From assembly GCA_963827235.1 (NCBI GenBank), contig CAWHAE010000019.1, positions 128,001 to 192,000 on the forward strand: DNA of 64,000 nucleotides. The letters run 5' to 3'. The notes under the pieces were generated by a model. The model did no database searches. It saw only the letters and a list, made by a program, of their open reading frames with translations, and had not been told where the DNA came from. The translations under genes were made by a program, and so were the position numbers. The stretch's first letter is position 1; every line of letters begins with the position of its first letter. This stretch comes from an uncultured bacterium. GTDB taxonomy: Bacteria > Chloroflexota > UBA5177 > JANWHV01. Below, one piece after another: positions 39,505 to 49,631 of the stretch.

Positions 39505-40131
39505 GTGCAGCCGATACAGCTCCGCGCCTTGCGCCTGAATGCTCAGCGCCTGGATACGGTGGTTCGGGAGCTGAAGCGCTGTGGTGCTCGTCGCGTGCTC
39601 GACCTGGGCTGCGGCGAAGGCCGCCTGCTGGTCGCCGACGGTTCCTTCACCCAGATCGCGGCACTCGACGTCTCCTACCGCGCACTGGAGCGGCTGCCGG
39701 AGCGCCTGCATCTGGATCGCCTGCCCGAGCGGCACAGTGCCCGTCTCACGCTTCTCCACGGGTGTCTCACCTATCGCGACAAGCGGCTGGCCGGCTACGA
39801 TGCTGCCGCCGTGGTCGAAGTGATCGAGCACCTGGATCCGGCCCGCCTGGCGGCCTTCGAGCGCGTGCTGTTCACCTGTGCCCGTCCGGCAACCATCGTG
39901 CTCACCACGCCCAATCGCGAATACAACGCCCACTTCGAGACGTTGCCGGCCGGGCTGTTCCGGCACAAGGATCATCGCTTCGAACGGACGCGCGCCGAGT
40001 TCCAGATCTGGGCGACTGCCACCGCGGCGAGCGCCGGCTACGCCGTCGAGCTTATGCCCATCGGACCCGAGGACGCTATGCTGGGTGCGCCTACGCAGAT
40101 GGCGGTCTTCACGCGGAAGGAACGGTCATGA
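39505..40131 (+). pseudogene. hen1: Hen1 3'-terminal RNA 2'-O-methyltransferase, C-terminal half only
   Basis: VLDLGCGEG, EVIEHLD, TTPNREYN, RHKDHRFE, GAPTQMAVF; stop overlaps the pnkp start; no N-terminal domain or clear RBS. Confidence 0.8.
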
Positions 40132-42710
40132 CCATCACCATACCCGAGCTCTCGCTGGTCGTGCTGATCGGTGCTTCCGGTTCGGGCAAGAGCAGCTTCG
40201 CACGCGCGCATTTCAGCTCCACCGAGATCCTGTCCTCGGACTTCTGCCGGGGCCTGATCTCCGACGACGAAAACAGTCAGGAGGCGACCGGCGATGCCTT
40301 CGAGGTGCTGCACTTCATCGCCGCCAAGCGGCTGGCTGCGGGACGCCTGACCGTGGTCGACGCCACAAACGTTCAGCCTTCGTCCCGGCGCCCGCTGATC
40401 GAGCTTGCGCGCGCCTACCACTGCCTGCCGGTGGCGATCGTGCTCGATTTGCCGGAGCGCCTCTGCCTGGATCGGAACCGCGGCCGGCCCGACCGCGACC
40501 TGGGCCCGCGCGTGGTGCTGCGGCAGATCACCGAGCTGCGGCGCACGATGCGCGATCTGCCACGGGAGGGCTTCCGCCACGTGTTCGTCCTCAGCTCGCC
40601 CGAGGAGGTCGCTGTGGCGGCTATCGAGCGCCAGCCACTGTGGAGCAATCTTGCGCACGAGCATGGACCATTCGACATCGTGGGAGACGTGCACGGCTGC
40701 TGCGACGAGCTGGAAGAGCTGCTCGGCCGGCTCGGCTTCGTGTCGACGGAACAGGTGAACGAGCTGGGCGGCGTGACGCCGCTCTACCGCCATCCCGAGG
40801 GGCGCAAGGCCGTGTTTCTGGGCGACCTGGTCGACCGTGGCCCCCGCATCCTCGATACCATGCGCCTGGTGAGGGCAATGGTGAATGCCGGTGTGGCTCT
40901 CTGCGTGCCGGGTAACCACGACATGAAGCTCATGCGGTGGCTGCGCGGGCGTGCGGTGCAGATCGCGCATGGGCTGGAAGCCAGCGTGGCGGAAGTCGAG
41001 GCGCTGCCCGACGACGTCCGACCAAAGGTGCGCCGCGATCTTGCCGAATTCCTGGACGGCCTGGTCAGCCACTTCGTGCTCGACGACGGCAAGCTCGTGG
41101 TCGCCCACGCCGGCCTCAAGCAGGAGATGCAGGGCCGCGGCTCGCGCGCCGTGCGCGAGTTCGCCCTGTATGGCGAGACGAGCGGAGAGATCGACGAGTT
41201 CGGGCTGCCCGTCCGCTACAACTGGGCGGCGGAGTATCGCGGCAAGGCGGTGGTGGTCTACGGGCACACTCCGGTGCCCGTGCCCGAGTGGCTGAACAAC
41301 ACGATCGACGTCGACACCGGTTGCGTGTTCGGCGGCGGACTGACGGCGCTCCGCTATCCCGAGCGCGAGGTGGTGACGGAGCCGGCCCGGCGTATCTACC
41401 AGGTCTCCAAACGACCGTTTCCGGCGGAGGAACCTGGCGATGACCTGACGGCACAACAGCGCCAGGACGAGCTGTTGGACGTCGAGGATGTGCTCGGCAA
41501 ACGCGTGATAGAGACCGCGCTGTTGGGCCGGGTGACCATTCGGGAGGAGCAGGCAAGCGCCGCGCTCGAAGTGATGAGCCGCTTTGCCGCCGATCCCAGG
41601 TGGCTGATCTACCTGCCGCCGACCATGTCGCCGAGCGAGACGAGCAAGCTGCCGCAGTTACTGGAGCACCCGGCCGAGGCTTTCGCCTACTGTCGCAAGG
41701 AAGGCGTGGCGTCCGTCGTCTGCGAAGCCAAGCACATGGGCTCGCGAGCGGTCGTCGTCTTGTGCCGGAGCGAGGACGCGGCACGAGCCAGGTTCGGTGT
41801 GGTGGGCCAGGGAAGTGGCATCGTGTACACGCGCACCGGCCGCCGGTTCTTCGACGAGCCGTGGCCGGAGCGCGACCTGCTCGCCCGCCTGCGCCGCGCG
41901 CTGGACCACATCGGGCTGTGGGAAGAGCTGCAGACGGATTGGCTGGTTCTGGATTGCGAGCTGATGCCCTGGTCGGCCAAGGCGCAGGATCTGCTGCGCC
42001 GGCAATATGCCGCCTCCGGGGCCGCCGCTACGGCGGCTCTGCACGAGGCAGTGCGTACGCTGCATCTGGCGACCGCGCGTGGTCTGGACACGGCCGCGCT
42101 GCTGGGACGCTTCGAGGGGCGCCAGACCATGGTCGCTCGGTACGTGGAGGCGTACGGCCGCTACTGCTGGCCGGTGCAGACCATCGACGACTTCAGACTG
42201 GCGCCGTTCCATCTCCTGGCGTCGGAGGGCAAGGTGCATCACGATCGCGGCCATCTCTGGCACATGGGAACACTATCCCAACTCTGCGCGGCGGACTCCG
42301 ACCTGTTCATACCAACGCCCCATCTCGAAGTGGAGCTTGCCGACGAGGCGGCAGTGGCCCGGGGCTTTGGATGGTGGGAAGAGTTGACCGCCACTGGCGG
42401 AGAGGGCATGGTGGTCAAGCCGTGCGACTTCGTCGCGCGCGGGCAGCACGGCCTGGTGCAACCGGCCGTGAAGTGCCGCGGCCGCGAGTATCTCCGCATC
42501 ATCTATGGCCCGGAATACACTGCGCCCGAGCACCTTGAGCGCCTGCGCGCTCGCAACGTGGGCGCCAAGCGGTCCCTCGCCCTGCGCGAGTTTGCCCTTG
42601 GCATGGAGAGCCTGGAGCGGTTCGTACGCCGGGATCCGCTGCGGCGCGTGCACGAGTGCGTGTTCGGCGTGCTGGCGCTGGAAAGCGAGCCCGTAGATCC
42701 CAGATTGTAG
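40128..42710 (+). CDS. pnkp: polynucleotide kinase-phosphatase-ligase Pnkp
   Basis: GASGSGKS kinase, GDVHG/GDLVDRG/GNHD phosphoesterase, KHMGSR and EGMVVKP ligase motifs, ESEPVDPRL C terminus. Confidence 0.95.
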   Translation: MTITIPELSLVVLIGASGSGKSSFARAHFSSTEILSSDFCRGLISDDENSQEATGDAFEVLHFIAAKRLAAGRLTVVDATNVQPSSRRPLIELARAYHCLPVAIVLDLPERLCLDRNRGRPDRDLGPRVVLRQITELRRTMRDLPREGFRHVFVLSSPEEVAVAAIERQPLWSNLAHEHGPFDIVGDVHGCCDELEELLGRLGFVSTEQVNELGGVTPLYRHPEGRKAVFLGDLVDRGPRILDTMRLVRAMVNAGVALCVPGNHDMKLMRWLRGRAVQIAHGLEASVAEVEALPDDVRPKVRRDLAEFLDGLVSHFVLDDGKLVVAHAGLKQEMQGRGSRAVREFALYGETSGEIDEFGLPVRYNWAAEYRGKAVVVYGHTPVPVPEWLNNTIDVDTGCVFGGGLTALRYPEREVVTEPARRIYQVSKRPFPAEEPGDDLTAQQRQDELLDVEDVLGKRVIETALLGRVTIREEQASAALEVMSRFAADPRWLIYLPPTMSPSETSKLPQLLEHPAEAFAYCRKEGVASVVCEAKHMGSRAVVVLCRSEDAARARFGVVGQGSGIVYTRTGRRFFDEPWPERDLLARLRRALDHIGLWEELQTDWLVLDCELMPWSAKAQDLLRRQYAASGAAATAALHEAVRTLHLATARGLDTAALLGRFEGRQTMVARYVEAYGRYCWPVQTIDDFRLAPFHLLASEGKVHHDRGHLWHMGTLSQLCAADSDLFIPTPHLEVELADEAAVARGFGWWEELTATGGEGMVVKPCDFVARGQHGLVQPAVKCRGREYLRIIYGPEYTAPEHLERLRARNVGAKRSLALREFALGMESLERFVRRDPLRRVHECVFGVLALESEPVDPRL

Positions 42711-42719
42711 GAGAGGAGC

Positions 42720-43094
42720 TTGCCGGTGGACGACAAGGATGCCGTCACCCTCCTGTACAGGCCGGTCGGCCGCGCGGAGTTGGATCTCATTCATGCCTCG
42801 GGTGACCGCGTCTTCCCGCCGAGACTGCCCGGGCAGCCGATCTTCTATCCCGTGCTGACCTGCGAGTACGCCTGCAAGATCGCGCGCGACTGGAACACGA
42901 AGGATGAGGCATCCGGCCACGTGGGCTACGTCACCCGATTCCGGGTGCGGACGGAATTCCTGGACCGCTATGCGGTGCAGACGGCCGGCGGCAGGCAGCA
43001 CCAGGAATACTGGATCCCGGCCGAGGATCTGCCCGCGTTCAACGAGAGCATCGTGGGCACGATCGAGGTCGTGGCGGAGTACCACGGCACGTGA
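42720..43094 (+). CDS. small conserved protein of the type labelled ADP-ribosylation/crystallin J1
   Basis: LYRPVG..EL, FPPRLPGQPIFYPVL, IARDWN, GYVTRF, EYWIPAE; 9 nt after the pnkp stop. Confidence 0.75.
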   Translation: MPVDDKDAVTLLYRPVGRAELDLIHASGDRVFPPRLPGQPIFYPVLTCEYACKIARDWNTKDEASGHVGYVTRFRVRTEFLDRYAVQTAGGRQHQEYWIPAEDLPAFNESIVGTIEVVAEYHGT

Positions 43095-43155
43095 GCGCGC
43101 CGGCAGCATGCCCGCACGGGGCGACCGGAAACGCAGATAACACAGATAGACGCAG

Positions 43156-44136
43156 TCATGAGCCGGACTCCGGCGCTGCTTCGAACCGGCTACACAACAG
43201 CTCCGTGCCCAGTCCGCTGACCAGCAGGCGCTCCTTCGCGTCGCTCAGTAGCTGCTGGGTCCAGGTGGTGAAACCGCCGTCCACAAGCTGAAACTCCTGC
43301 CCGCGGCCGTTGCCGGCGTGGATGTTGAAGCACGCTCCCGTATAGTACCCGCGACCTCTCTCGCGATCGGGATCCAATGCGCATTCGACGCCGGGATAGG
43401 CCGCTCGCAAAGGCTCGAGCACCTGCTGTCGCAGGGCGTCGCTTCGCCGTCCCTGCTCCAGGTCCGTGACGGTCAGGCGTATGCGATCGGCAGCGATGTC
43501 GAGCGAGCGCGCGGCAGCCAGCAGACGCAGGTAGAAGTCGATCTGCTGGTGCAACGTGGCCGTCTCGAACCGGAAGCTGCCTTCGTCGCCGCCTGCCGTG
43601 CACAGCGCGAAGAGGCGGAAGTGCGCCACCGCGTGCGGCGAGCTGTATGCCTGCGCTCGAAGCACGCGGTGGGACGCGCAAAGCCCCACGCGCTCATGGC
43701 TGTTCCTCTCGGCCTGCCGCTGCCGGCGGCGGCGAACCGCACATTCGAGCGCCAGCACGTTCGTGGTGTCGGCAACCACCTCGGTATTGCGGATCGTCGC
43801 CACCACCTTGTTCTGATCCACGGTCGCGACCGCAGCGTTGGTGCCGAGGGGGCAAAGCGGTGCCAGCTCGATTGCACTGAATCCGTTGGGCAACAGCGTC
43901 CAGGCAAGTCGGTCGCAGTCTGACAGCCGCGCCGGATCGATCTGGGACGGGCGCACGAAGCGGTCGTCCGCGTAGCGCTTGGCGAGTATGTGCGGCGTGA
44001 CTTTCGCCGCGCGCCGGCGATAGACCTCCAGCAAGAGTGACTGCAGATCCGTGGGTGACAGGCGCTCGGCCAGGATCTCGACGAGGTCGGGAACACCCGC
44101 TTCACGCTGGATTCGCTCCACGATCGGGTTGCTCAC
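43156..44136 (-). CDS. hypothetical protein with a class II aaRS-like catalytic core
   Basis: HRVLRAQ...HFRLF (motif 2-like), RGRGYYTG, DGGF, SGLGTELL (motif 3-like). Confidence 0.65.
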   Translation of the reverse strand: MSNPIVERIQREAGVPDLVEILAERLSPTDLQSLLLEVYRRRAAKVTPHILAKRYADDRFVRPSQIDPARLSDCDRLAWTLLPNGFSAIELAPLCPLGTNAAVATVDQNKVVATIRNTEVVADTTNVLALECAVRRRRQRQAERNSHERVGLCASHRVLRAQAYSSPHAVAHFRLFALCTAGGDEGSFRFETATLHQQIDFYLRLLAAARSLDIAADRIRLTVTDLEQGRRSDALRQQVLEPLRAAYPGVECALDPDRERGRGYYTGACFNIHAGNGRGQEFQLVDGGFTTWTQQLLSDAKERLLVSGLGTELLCSRFEAAPESGS

Positions 44137-44527
44137 GTCGTGTCTCCCACCTGCAGCCGCTTTGCAGTTCCGTGGCGAAGACCGATCCGCGGATGTGCGT
44201 CGCGCCTAGATTCTCACCCAGTCTATCATCGGCAGCGGCGTCGCCGGCAAGCCGGTCGGGCTCGGCCTGCGCTGGGCGATGCGGTGCTACACTTGGGGAC
44301 ACGTGGTTTGCCCAGGTCTGTGGCGCGACGATCAGGTGGCGTGCCCGCATGTTTACGTCGAGGTGCAATCTGCCGCCCAGCTTGTCGCCCGGAATCTATC
44401 TCTACATCAAGACAACGTGAGTGCGCACCGTCGTTCTTGCAATGACGCGGCAGTGCTGCCGGGCGGCGCGGACCTTCACGATGTGGTCGTGCCGGAGCGC
44501 TGCAGCGGAGTTAGGCGAGGACAAGTG

Positions 44528-45103
44528 ATGGACGTGAACGAGAATAGCTCATACTGGACCAACGGCGTGATCGGGCTGCGCGCGTTGGAGCCCTCCGACT
44601 GGGAGGCCTATTTCGCCTGGAACCAGGACGACGATATGTCCCGCAGCATGTACGTTGTTCCCTTTCCGCAGTCGCAGGAGGCCGTGCGGAACTGGGCCGA
44701 GCAGGAAACTCTGCGCAAGCCGGGCGACGACAGCTTCCGCTTCGCTATTGTGGACTCGGCCGGCGCGCTGGTAGGCGATCTGACCACGCACCAGTGCGAC
44801 CGCCGCAACGGCACCTTCTCGTACGGCGTATGCGTCGCGAAAGCCAGCCGCCGGCGGGGCTACGCCCGTGCGGCGATCACGCTCGTGCTGCGCTACTACT
44901 TCCAGGAGCTTCGTTACCAGAAGGCGGCGGTGTCGATCTACAGCTTTAACGAGGGGTCGATTCGCCTGCACGAGGCCCTTGGCTTCCAGCGCGAAGGCCG
45001 GCTCAGACGTATGGGTTACTCGGACGGGGCGTACTTCGACCACCTCGTCTACGGGATCACGGCAGAGGAGTTCCGGGACGGCCGGTATGGTGCCAGGCAT
45101 TGA
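44528..45103 (+). CDS. RimJ/RimL-type GNAT acetyltransferase
   Basis: LRALEPSD, RRRGYARAAI, NEGSIRLHEALGFQREG. Confidence 0.88.
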   Translation: MDVNENSSYWTNGVIGLRALEPSDWEAYFAWNQDDDMSRSMYVVPFPQSQEAVRNWAEQETLRKPGDDSFRFAIVDSAGALVGDLTTHQCDRRNGTFSYGVCVAKASRRRGYARAAITLVLRYYFQELRYQKAAVSIYSFNEGSIRLHEALGFQREGRLRRMGYSDGAYFDHLVYGITAEEFRDGRYGARH

Positions 45104-45240
45104 CGCCTCGGTGAAGCGCGGCTCGCACCTCTTGCTGCCGCGGGATGGGCGCGGGACTGACGGTGAATCGATGCCATGTCCGAGTCGGCGCCATCGCGGA
45201 ATCTCGACGGCTGCGGGCGCGGGCTGAGACGCCCTGGCCG

Positions 45241-45726
45241 CTACTGTGCCTTGGCAGTGCTCGTGGCCCCGCTTCGATGTGCGGTGACCTCGGGCAGGCG
45301 GTAGAGCGTACCGATCTGGCCAAGCAACTCGGCGTCCTCGATGGGGCCGCACATGTATGCATCCGTGCCTGCCTCGAACGCGGCGAGCAATTCGGCCTGG
45401 CCGCCTTCCGGGAACACCGTCAAGATGGGCGACGTTATGCCGGCGGTCCGAAGCCGGCGGCACAGGGAGAGGCCGGATTCGAACGCACCGGTCAAATCCA
45501 GCACGATCACGTCGAAGCGGCCGCTGATTGCCAGGGCGCCGCCTGTCGGGTCCGGGTACCCCGTCGACACCGTGAACCTGCGCATGAGCAGCATGGCCCG
45601 CCAGTGCCGCGCCCGCGGCGTGTCTGCGGACAAGAGGAGGAGATGTGCAGGTATGGGTTTTCGCGAATACTCGAGTGCTCTGCTTGGGCTGACCGGCGAG
45701 AGCCACGTTACTGCCATGAGACACAT
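45241..45726 (-). CDS. degenerate single-domain response regulator (start uncertain)
   Basis: FDVIVLD, GLSLCRRLR, AFEAGTDAY. Confidence 0.6.
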   Translation of the reverse strand: MCLMAVTWLSPVSPSRALEYSRKPIPAHLLLLSADTPRARHWRAMLLMRRFTVSTGYPDPTGGALAISGRFDVIVLDLTGAFESGLSLCRRLRTAGITSPILTVFPEGGQAELLAAFEAGTDAYMCGPIEDAELLGQIGTLYRLPEVTAHRSGATSTAKAQ

Positions 45727-46100
45727 GCCTTTCTTTGAATGCGCACACCCGGCGAATCGCTACGCACGGTCGTCATCGGTAGGGCTGGCAGGAGGCGGGA
45801 GAGGGGCATTCCGTGGTTCGGCCCTCCGTGCTTCATCACTCTCATCGTAGGATCGGGGCATGACGGCTCCATGCGCGCCGGGTGACAGTATTGTGACCGC
45901 CGATCGCGTGGCCGGAGTCGTCGAGGCGCGCCGGAGAACGTGCCTGCGGGCACGGCGGTTGCCAATGTGCCTTGTCGTACTCCGCTCGAGTCGGCATCGC
46001 ACAGACGAACGCTTATGGCTCTGGGTCCGCGGACCGACCCTCGCCGGACGGCGTTAGTCGCAGCCTCAGGCGCATGATAATATGGTCCGGGGGATAATCC

Positions 46101-48800
46101 GTGTTAGCACGCCGACTGCGCATCTTGCTCGCCCAGGATACCGCCTTCGACGCCGACCCGTTTCTGGGGGAGCTGAGGCATCTGGGATATGCGCCGCTCT
46201 GCGCGCGAGCGGAGACGGTGCATGCGCTGAAGGCCCGGATCGCGGCCGAACAATGGGACGTTGTTCTGGCCGGCTCACCGTTCTGTGGACTGAGCAGCAC
46301 GGACTTCCTGGCGCTGCTCCGGGTGCGCTGCCCGAGTGTGCCGGTTATCGTGCTGTCCGATGACCCGAGTCCAACTGCCATTCTTGCGGCGATGCGTGCC
46401 GGGGCGCGGGACTATCTATCCAGCGAGGACACCGGAGGCATGGCGGCAGCGATCGATCGCGAGGTGTCACGATCCGTGTGGACGGCTGCGACGGAGGCGG
46501 CCGGGCGCGATAGCGGCCGTGCCGAAGTCCGCGCTCCCAGCCCACGCTTGCCTATGGCCGACGACATGCTGCATACGCTGTCGCGAGCCATGGAGCAGAG
46601 TCCGGTCTGCGTGGCTATCGCCGATCCCACCGGCACCATCGAGTATGCGAACCCCAGTTTCTGCAAGCTGACCGGGTACAGCGCAGCCGAGCTGAACGGG
46701 CAAAGTCTGCGCGCCCTGACCTCCGGTCACACTTCGCCCGACGATCGCACCGGGGCGTGGCGGACCGTGGCCGCCGGCGGCACCTGGACGGGAACGCTTG
46801 CAGGCGAGAAGAAGAACGGCGAGGTCTACTGGGAGCAGGCAGTAATCAGCCCAGTCCGCGAGCAGTCGGGCGCCGTCACGCGCTGCATCGCGGTCGTCGA
46901 GGATATCACCGAGCGATTACAGGCCCAGGCAGTGCTGCGGGAGAGCGAGCGGAAATATCGTCTGCTCGCGGAGAACGCCACCGACATTATCTCGCGGCTG
47001 GCGCCGGACGGCCGGATCCTGTTCGTGTCGGCCGCCTGCATGCCTACGCTCGGCTTCGCGCCGGACAAGCTCGTCGGACGTTTCCCGCACGAGCTGGCAC
47101 ATCCGGATGACGTCAAGGCCTTGGAGGGCCTGCATCAGATCATCCTCAGCTTGCGAGATGTGCAGACGGTGACCCGTCGTGTTCGGCACAAGAACGGTCA
47201 CTATGTCTGGCTGCAGACGACTGCTCGTGGCATCGTCGATGCCGCTACCGGAGCGATCGTCGAGCTGCAAACCGCGTCGCGCGACGTCACGGCGCAGCGC
47301 GCCGTCGATCGGGAGCGCGAGTGGCTATCGGCCATAGTAGCATCCTTTCCGGATGCTATCGCGAGTTGGTCGCCTTCAGGCCACATAGAAAGCTGGAACG
47401 AGGGCGCAGAGCGGCTGTATGGCTATACGGCGGCGGAGGCGATTGGCCTGCATGCCTCGACCTTCGTGCCGCCTGAGCTGCAGGCGGAGACTGAAGCCAG
47501 GCGAGCCCGCGTCTTGCAGGGAGAGCGCGTTTCGCAGCTCGAGACGGTGCGACAGCACAAGAGTGGACGCCACATCGAGGTCTTGGCCACCCTTGCCCCC
47601 ATCCGGGACGCACACGGCGAGATCGTCGGCGTCGCGTCTGTTACACACGACATCACGAAGCGAAAGCAAGCGGAAGCCGCGCTTCGCGAGAGCGAGTACC
47701 TGCTGCAGACGCTGCTCGACGCGATGCCGGACCACATCTACTTCAAGGATCGCGATTCGCGCATCATCCGCGCCAACAAGGCCCAGGCTGCCTACCTCGG
47801 CTTTCGGGATCCCGCCGAGGAGATCGGCAAGACCGACTTCGATTTCTATCCGCGCGAGTTTGCGCAGGTCCTCTACGACGCCGAGCAGCAAATCATACGC
47901 ACGGGGCAGCCGCAGCTCGGTGCCGTAGAGGATCACTCCGCCTTCGCGCACGCGCCCCGCTGGCTCCAGGCCACGAAGGTGCCAATCATGCAAGGCGGAC
48001 ACGTCACTGGACTGGTCGGGATCACGCGGGACGTCACCGACCTGAAGCGGGCTGAGGAGGTGCTCGCCCACCAGGCGGCGGCCGCCGAGGATCTCGCGCA
48101 GCTACGCAGCAGCTTTGTGGCCACGGTGAGCCATGAGCTGCGCTCTCCCCTCACGGCCATAATCGGTTACGCCGAGCTATTGGAAGCGCAGTGGGGCAGA
48201 CTGCAGGATGCGGAACGCCTCAAGATGATTCACCGCATCGTCGGCTCGGCAAACCGGCAGAAGCGCTTGGTCGAAGATCTGCTCCTGCTCAGCCGTCTTG
48301 AGCTGGGCGGTATCGTGGCCAGGACTGAGCGGGTAACCCTGGGCAGCCTCGTCAGCCGCGCGGCGGAGGAAATTCGCACAAGCTACCCGGGCCAGGGGAT
48401 CGATCTCGACGGACCGGCCAATCTCATGGTCATGGCCGATCCCGATCGCGCCCTGGAGATTCTGCTCAATCTGGTGGACAACGCGGCCAAGTACTCACCC
48501 GAGGGATCGCCGATTCGCGTGACATGGGCGCGCGAAGGCGCTTCCGCGGTCCTCTGGGTACGTGACTTCGGCGGTGGCGTCTCGGAAGAAGGCCGGCGGC
48601 ACTTGTTCACGCGCTTTGGCCGCGTGCCCGGCAGCCGGATGCGTGCCGGCCGCGTGGGCACGGGGCTGGGGCTCTACCTGGCCCGGAGCTTTGCCCAGGC
48701 TATGAACGGTGAGCTGGATTCGGCATCCACCGGCCCTGGCGGAAGCACCTTTCGGCTCTCACTCCCGGTTGCCAAGCCGGCTCAACCCGGAGAACGTTGA
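46101..48800 (+). CDS. REC-multi-PAS sensor histidine kinase
   Basis: N-terminal REC-like domain, four PAS/PAC units, SHELRSPLT, NLVDNAAKYS, GTGLGL. Confidence 0.92.
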   Translation: MLARRLRILLAQDTAFDADPFLGELRHLGYAPLCARAETVHALKARIAAEQWDVVLAGSPFCGLSSTDFLALLRVRCPSVPVIVLSDDPSPTAILAAMRAGARDYLSSEDTGGMAAAIDREVSRSVWTAATEAAGRDSGRAEVRAPSPRLPMADDMLHTLSRAMEQSPVCVAIADPTGTIEYANPSFCKLTGYSAAELNGQSLRALTSGHTSPDDRTGAWRTVAAGGTWTGTLAGEKKNGEVYWEQAVISPVREQSGAVTRCIAVVEDITERLQAQAVLRESERKYRLLAENATDIISRLAPDGRILFVSAACMPTLGFAPDKLVGRFPHELAHPDDVKALEGLHQIILSLRDVQTVTRRVRHKNGHYVWLQTTARGIVDAATGAIVELQTASRDVTAQRAVDREREWLSAIVASFPDAIASWSPSGHIESWNEGAERLYGYTAAEAIGLHASTFVPPELQAETEARRARVLQGERVSQLETVRQHKSGRHIEVLATLAPIRDAHGEIVGVASVTHDITKRKQAEAALRESEYLLQTLLDAMPDHIYFKDRDSRIIRANKAQAAYLGFRDPAEEIGKTDFDFYPREFAQVLYDAEQQIIRTGQPQLGAVEDHSAFAHAPRWLQATKVPIMQGGHVTGLVGITRDVTDLKRAEEVLAHQAAAAEDLAQLRSSFVATVSHELRSPLTAIIGYAELLEAQWGRLQDAERLKMIHRIVGSANRQKRLVEDLLLLSRLELGGIVARTERVTLGSLVSRAAEEIRTSYPGQGIDLDGPANLMVMADPDRALEILLNLVDNAAKYSPEGSPIRVTWAREGASAVLWVRDFGGGVSEEGRRHLFTRFGRVPGSRMRAGRVGTGLGLYLARSFAQAMNGELDSASTGPGGSTFRLSLPVAKPAQPGER

Positions 48801-48920
48801 TGCCCACCTCTTTCGCATGGCCTGCGAACTGCCGGCGCGAAGGCCGGCCGAGTGGCATGGGTCACGCGGATGGGGCCCGCTTCCACCACCTCATCTTCGG
48901 GCTCACGGCAGAGGAGTTCC

Positions 48921-49631
48921 GTGCCGGAAAGTCTCGCCGCGGGCATTGACGTCTCGGCCCGGCGCGGCCTGCATCTTGCGCTCCTGGGGGACGGGCGCAG
49001 GCTGGTGGGTGCGGTCCAGGTGCCGGATATCCATGCGGCACTGGTGTGGCTGGCGGATCATGCCGCGAGCGCTCCGGTCGGCATGGACGCTCCCCTGGGC
49101 CCACGGCTGCCGCTTCTGCGCGACGCGGCGACGAGAGCCCTTGTAGCGCCTCCTCCGCCTGAGGGGCTGTATCACCGCTATCGCGTGTGCGACTACCAGC
49201 TGGCGCGCCGCGGCATCAGTCTCTATCTCTCGCCACTGGCTGGAGAGTCGCCGCCGGACTGGATGGCGGTAGGCTACGCGCTCGCCGCCGCCCTGCTGGC
49301 CTCCGGACGGCGCGCGCCTCGGCACGCGGATGACCGCGCGGCCACGCTGTTCGAGGTGTACCCTTACGCGGCATTCGTGACTCTGCTTGGAGGCATCCCG
49401 CCGCGGAAGTCGATGCCCTCCGGGCGCGCGGCCCGCCTGAGAGCGCTGGCGGACATCGCCGGTCTGGAAGCTGCCGGCAATCACGATCTGCTCGATGCCG
49501 TCGCGGTCGCACACACGGCGGCCGTGTTCGCGGCAGGCGGCGGCTGCGCGGTGGGCGACGCGACAGAGGGCCTGATCATGCTGCCGGTTGCACGCTCGGG
49601 AGTGCGCGACCGCTACATGCGCCTGGCTTGA
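48921..49631 (+). CDS. DUF429 family (RNase H-like) protein
   Basis: AGIDVS, VGMDAPLG, FEVYPY, DLLDAVAVA. Confidence 0.8.
   Translation: MPESLAAGIDVSARRGLHLALLGDGRRLVGAVQVPDIHAALVWLADHAASAPVGMDAPLGPRLPLLRDAATRALVAPPPPEGLYHRYRVCDYQLARRGISLYLSPLAGESPPDWMAVGYALAAALLASGRRAPRHADDRAATLFEVYPYAAFVTLLGGIPPRKSMPSGRAARLRALADIAGLEAAGNHDLLDAVAVAHTAAVFAAGGGCAVGDATEGLIMLPVARSGVRDRYMRLA

Noticed and set aside
39225-40127. 1161-aa ORF suggesting an N-terminally extended Pnkp
   Set aside because: The extension is an off-frame read of hen1 and antisense tetR; Pnkp starts at ATG 40128 (MTITIPELSLVVL) with an RBS
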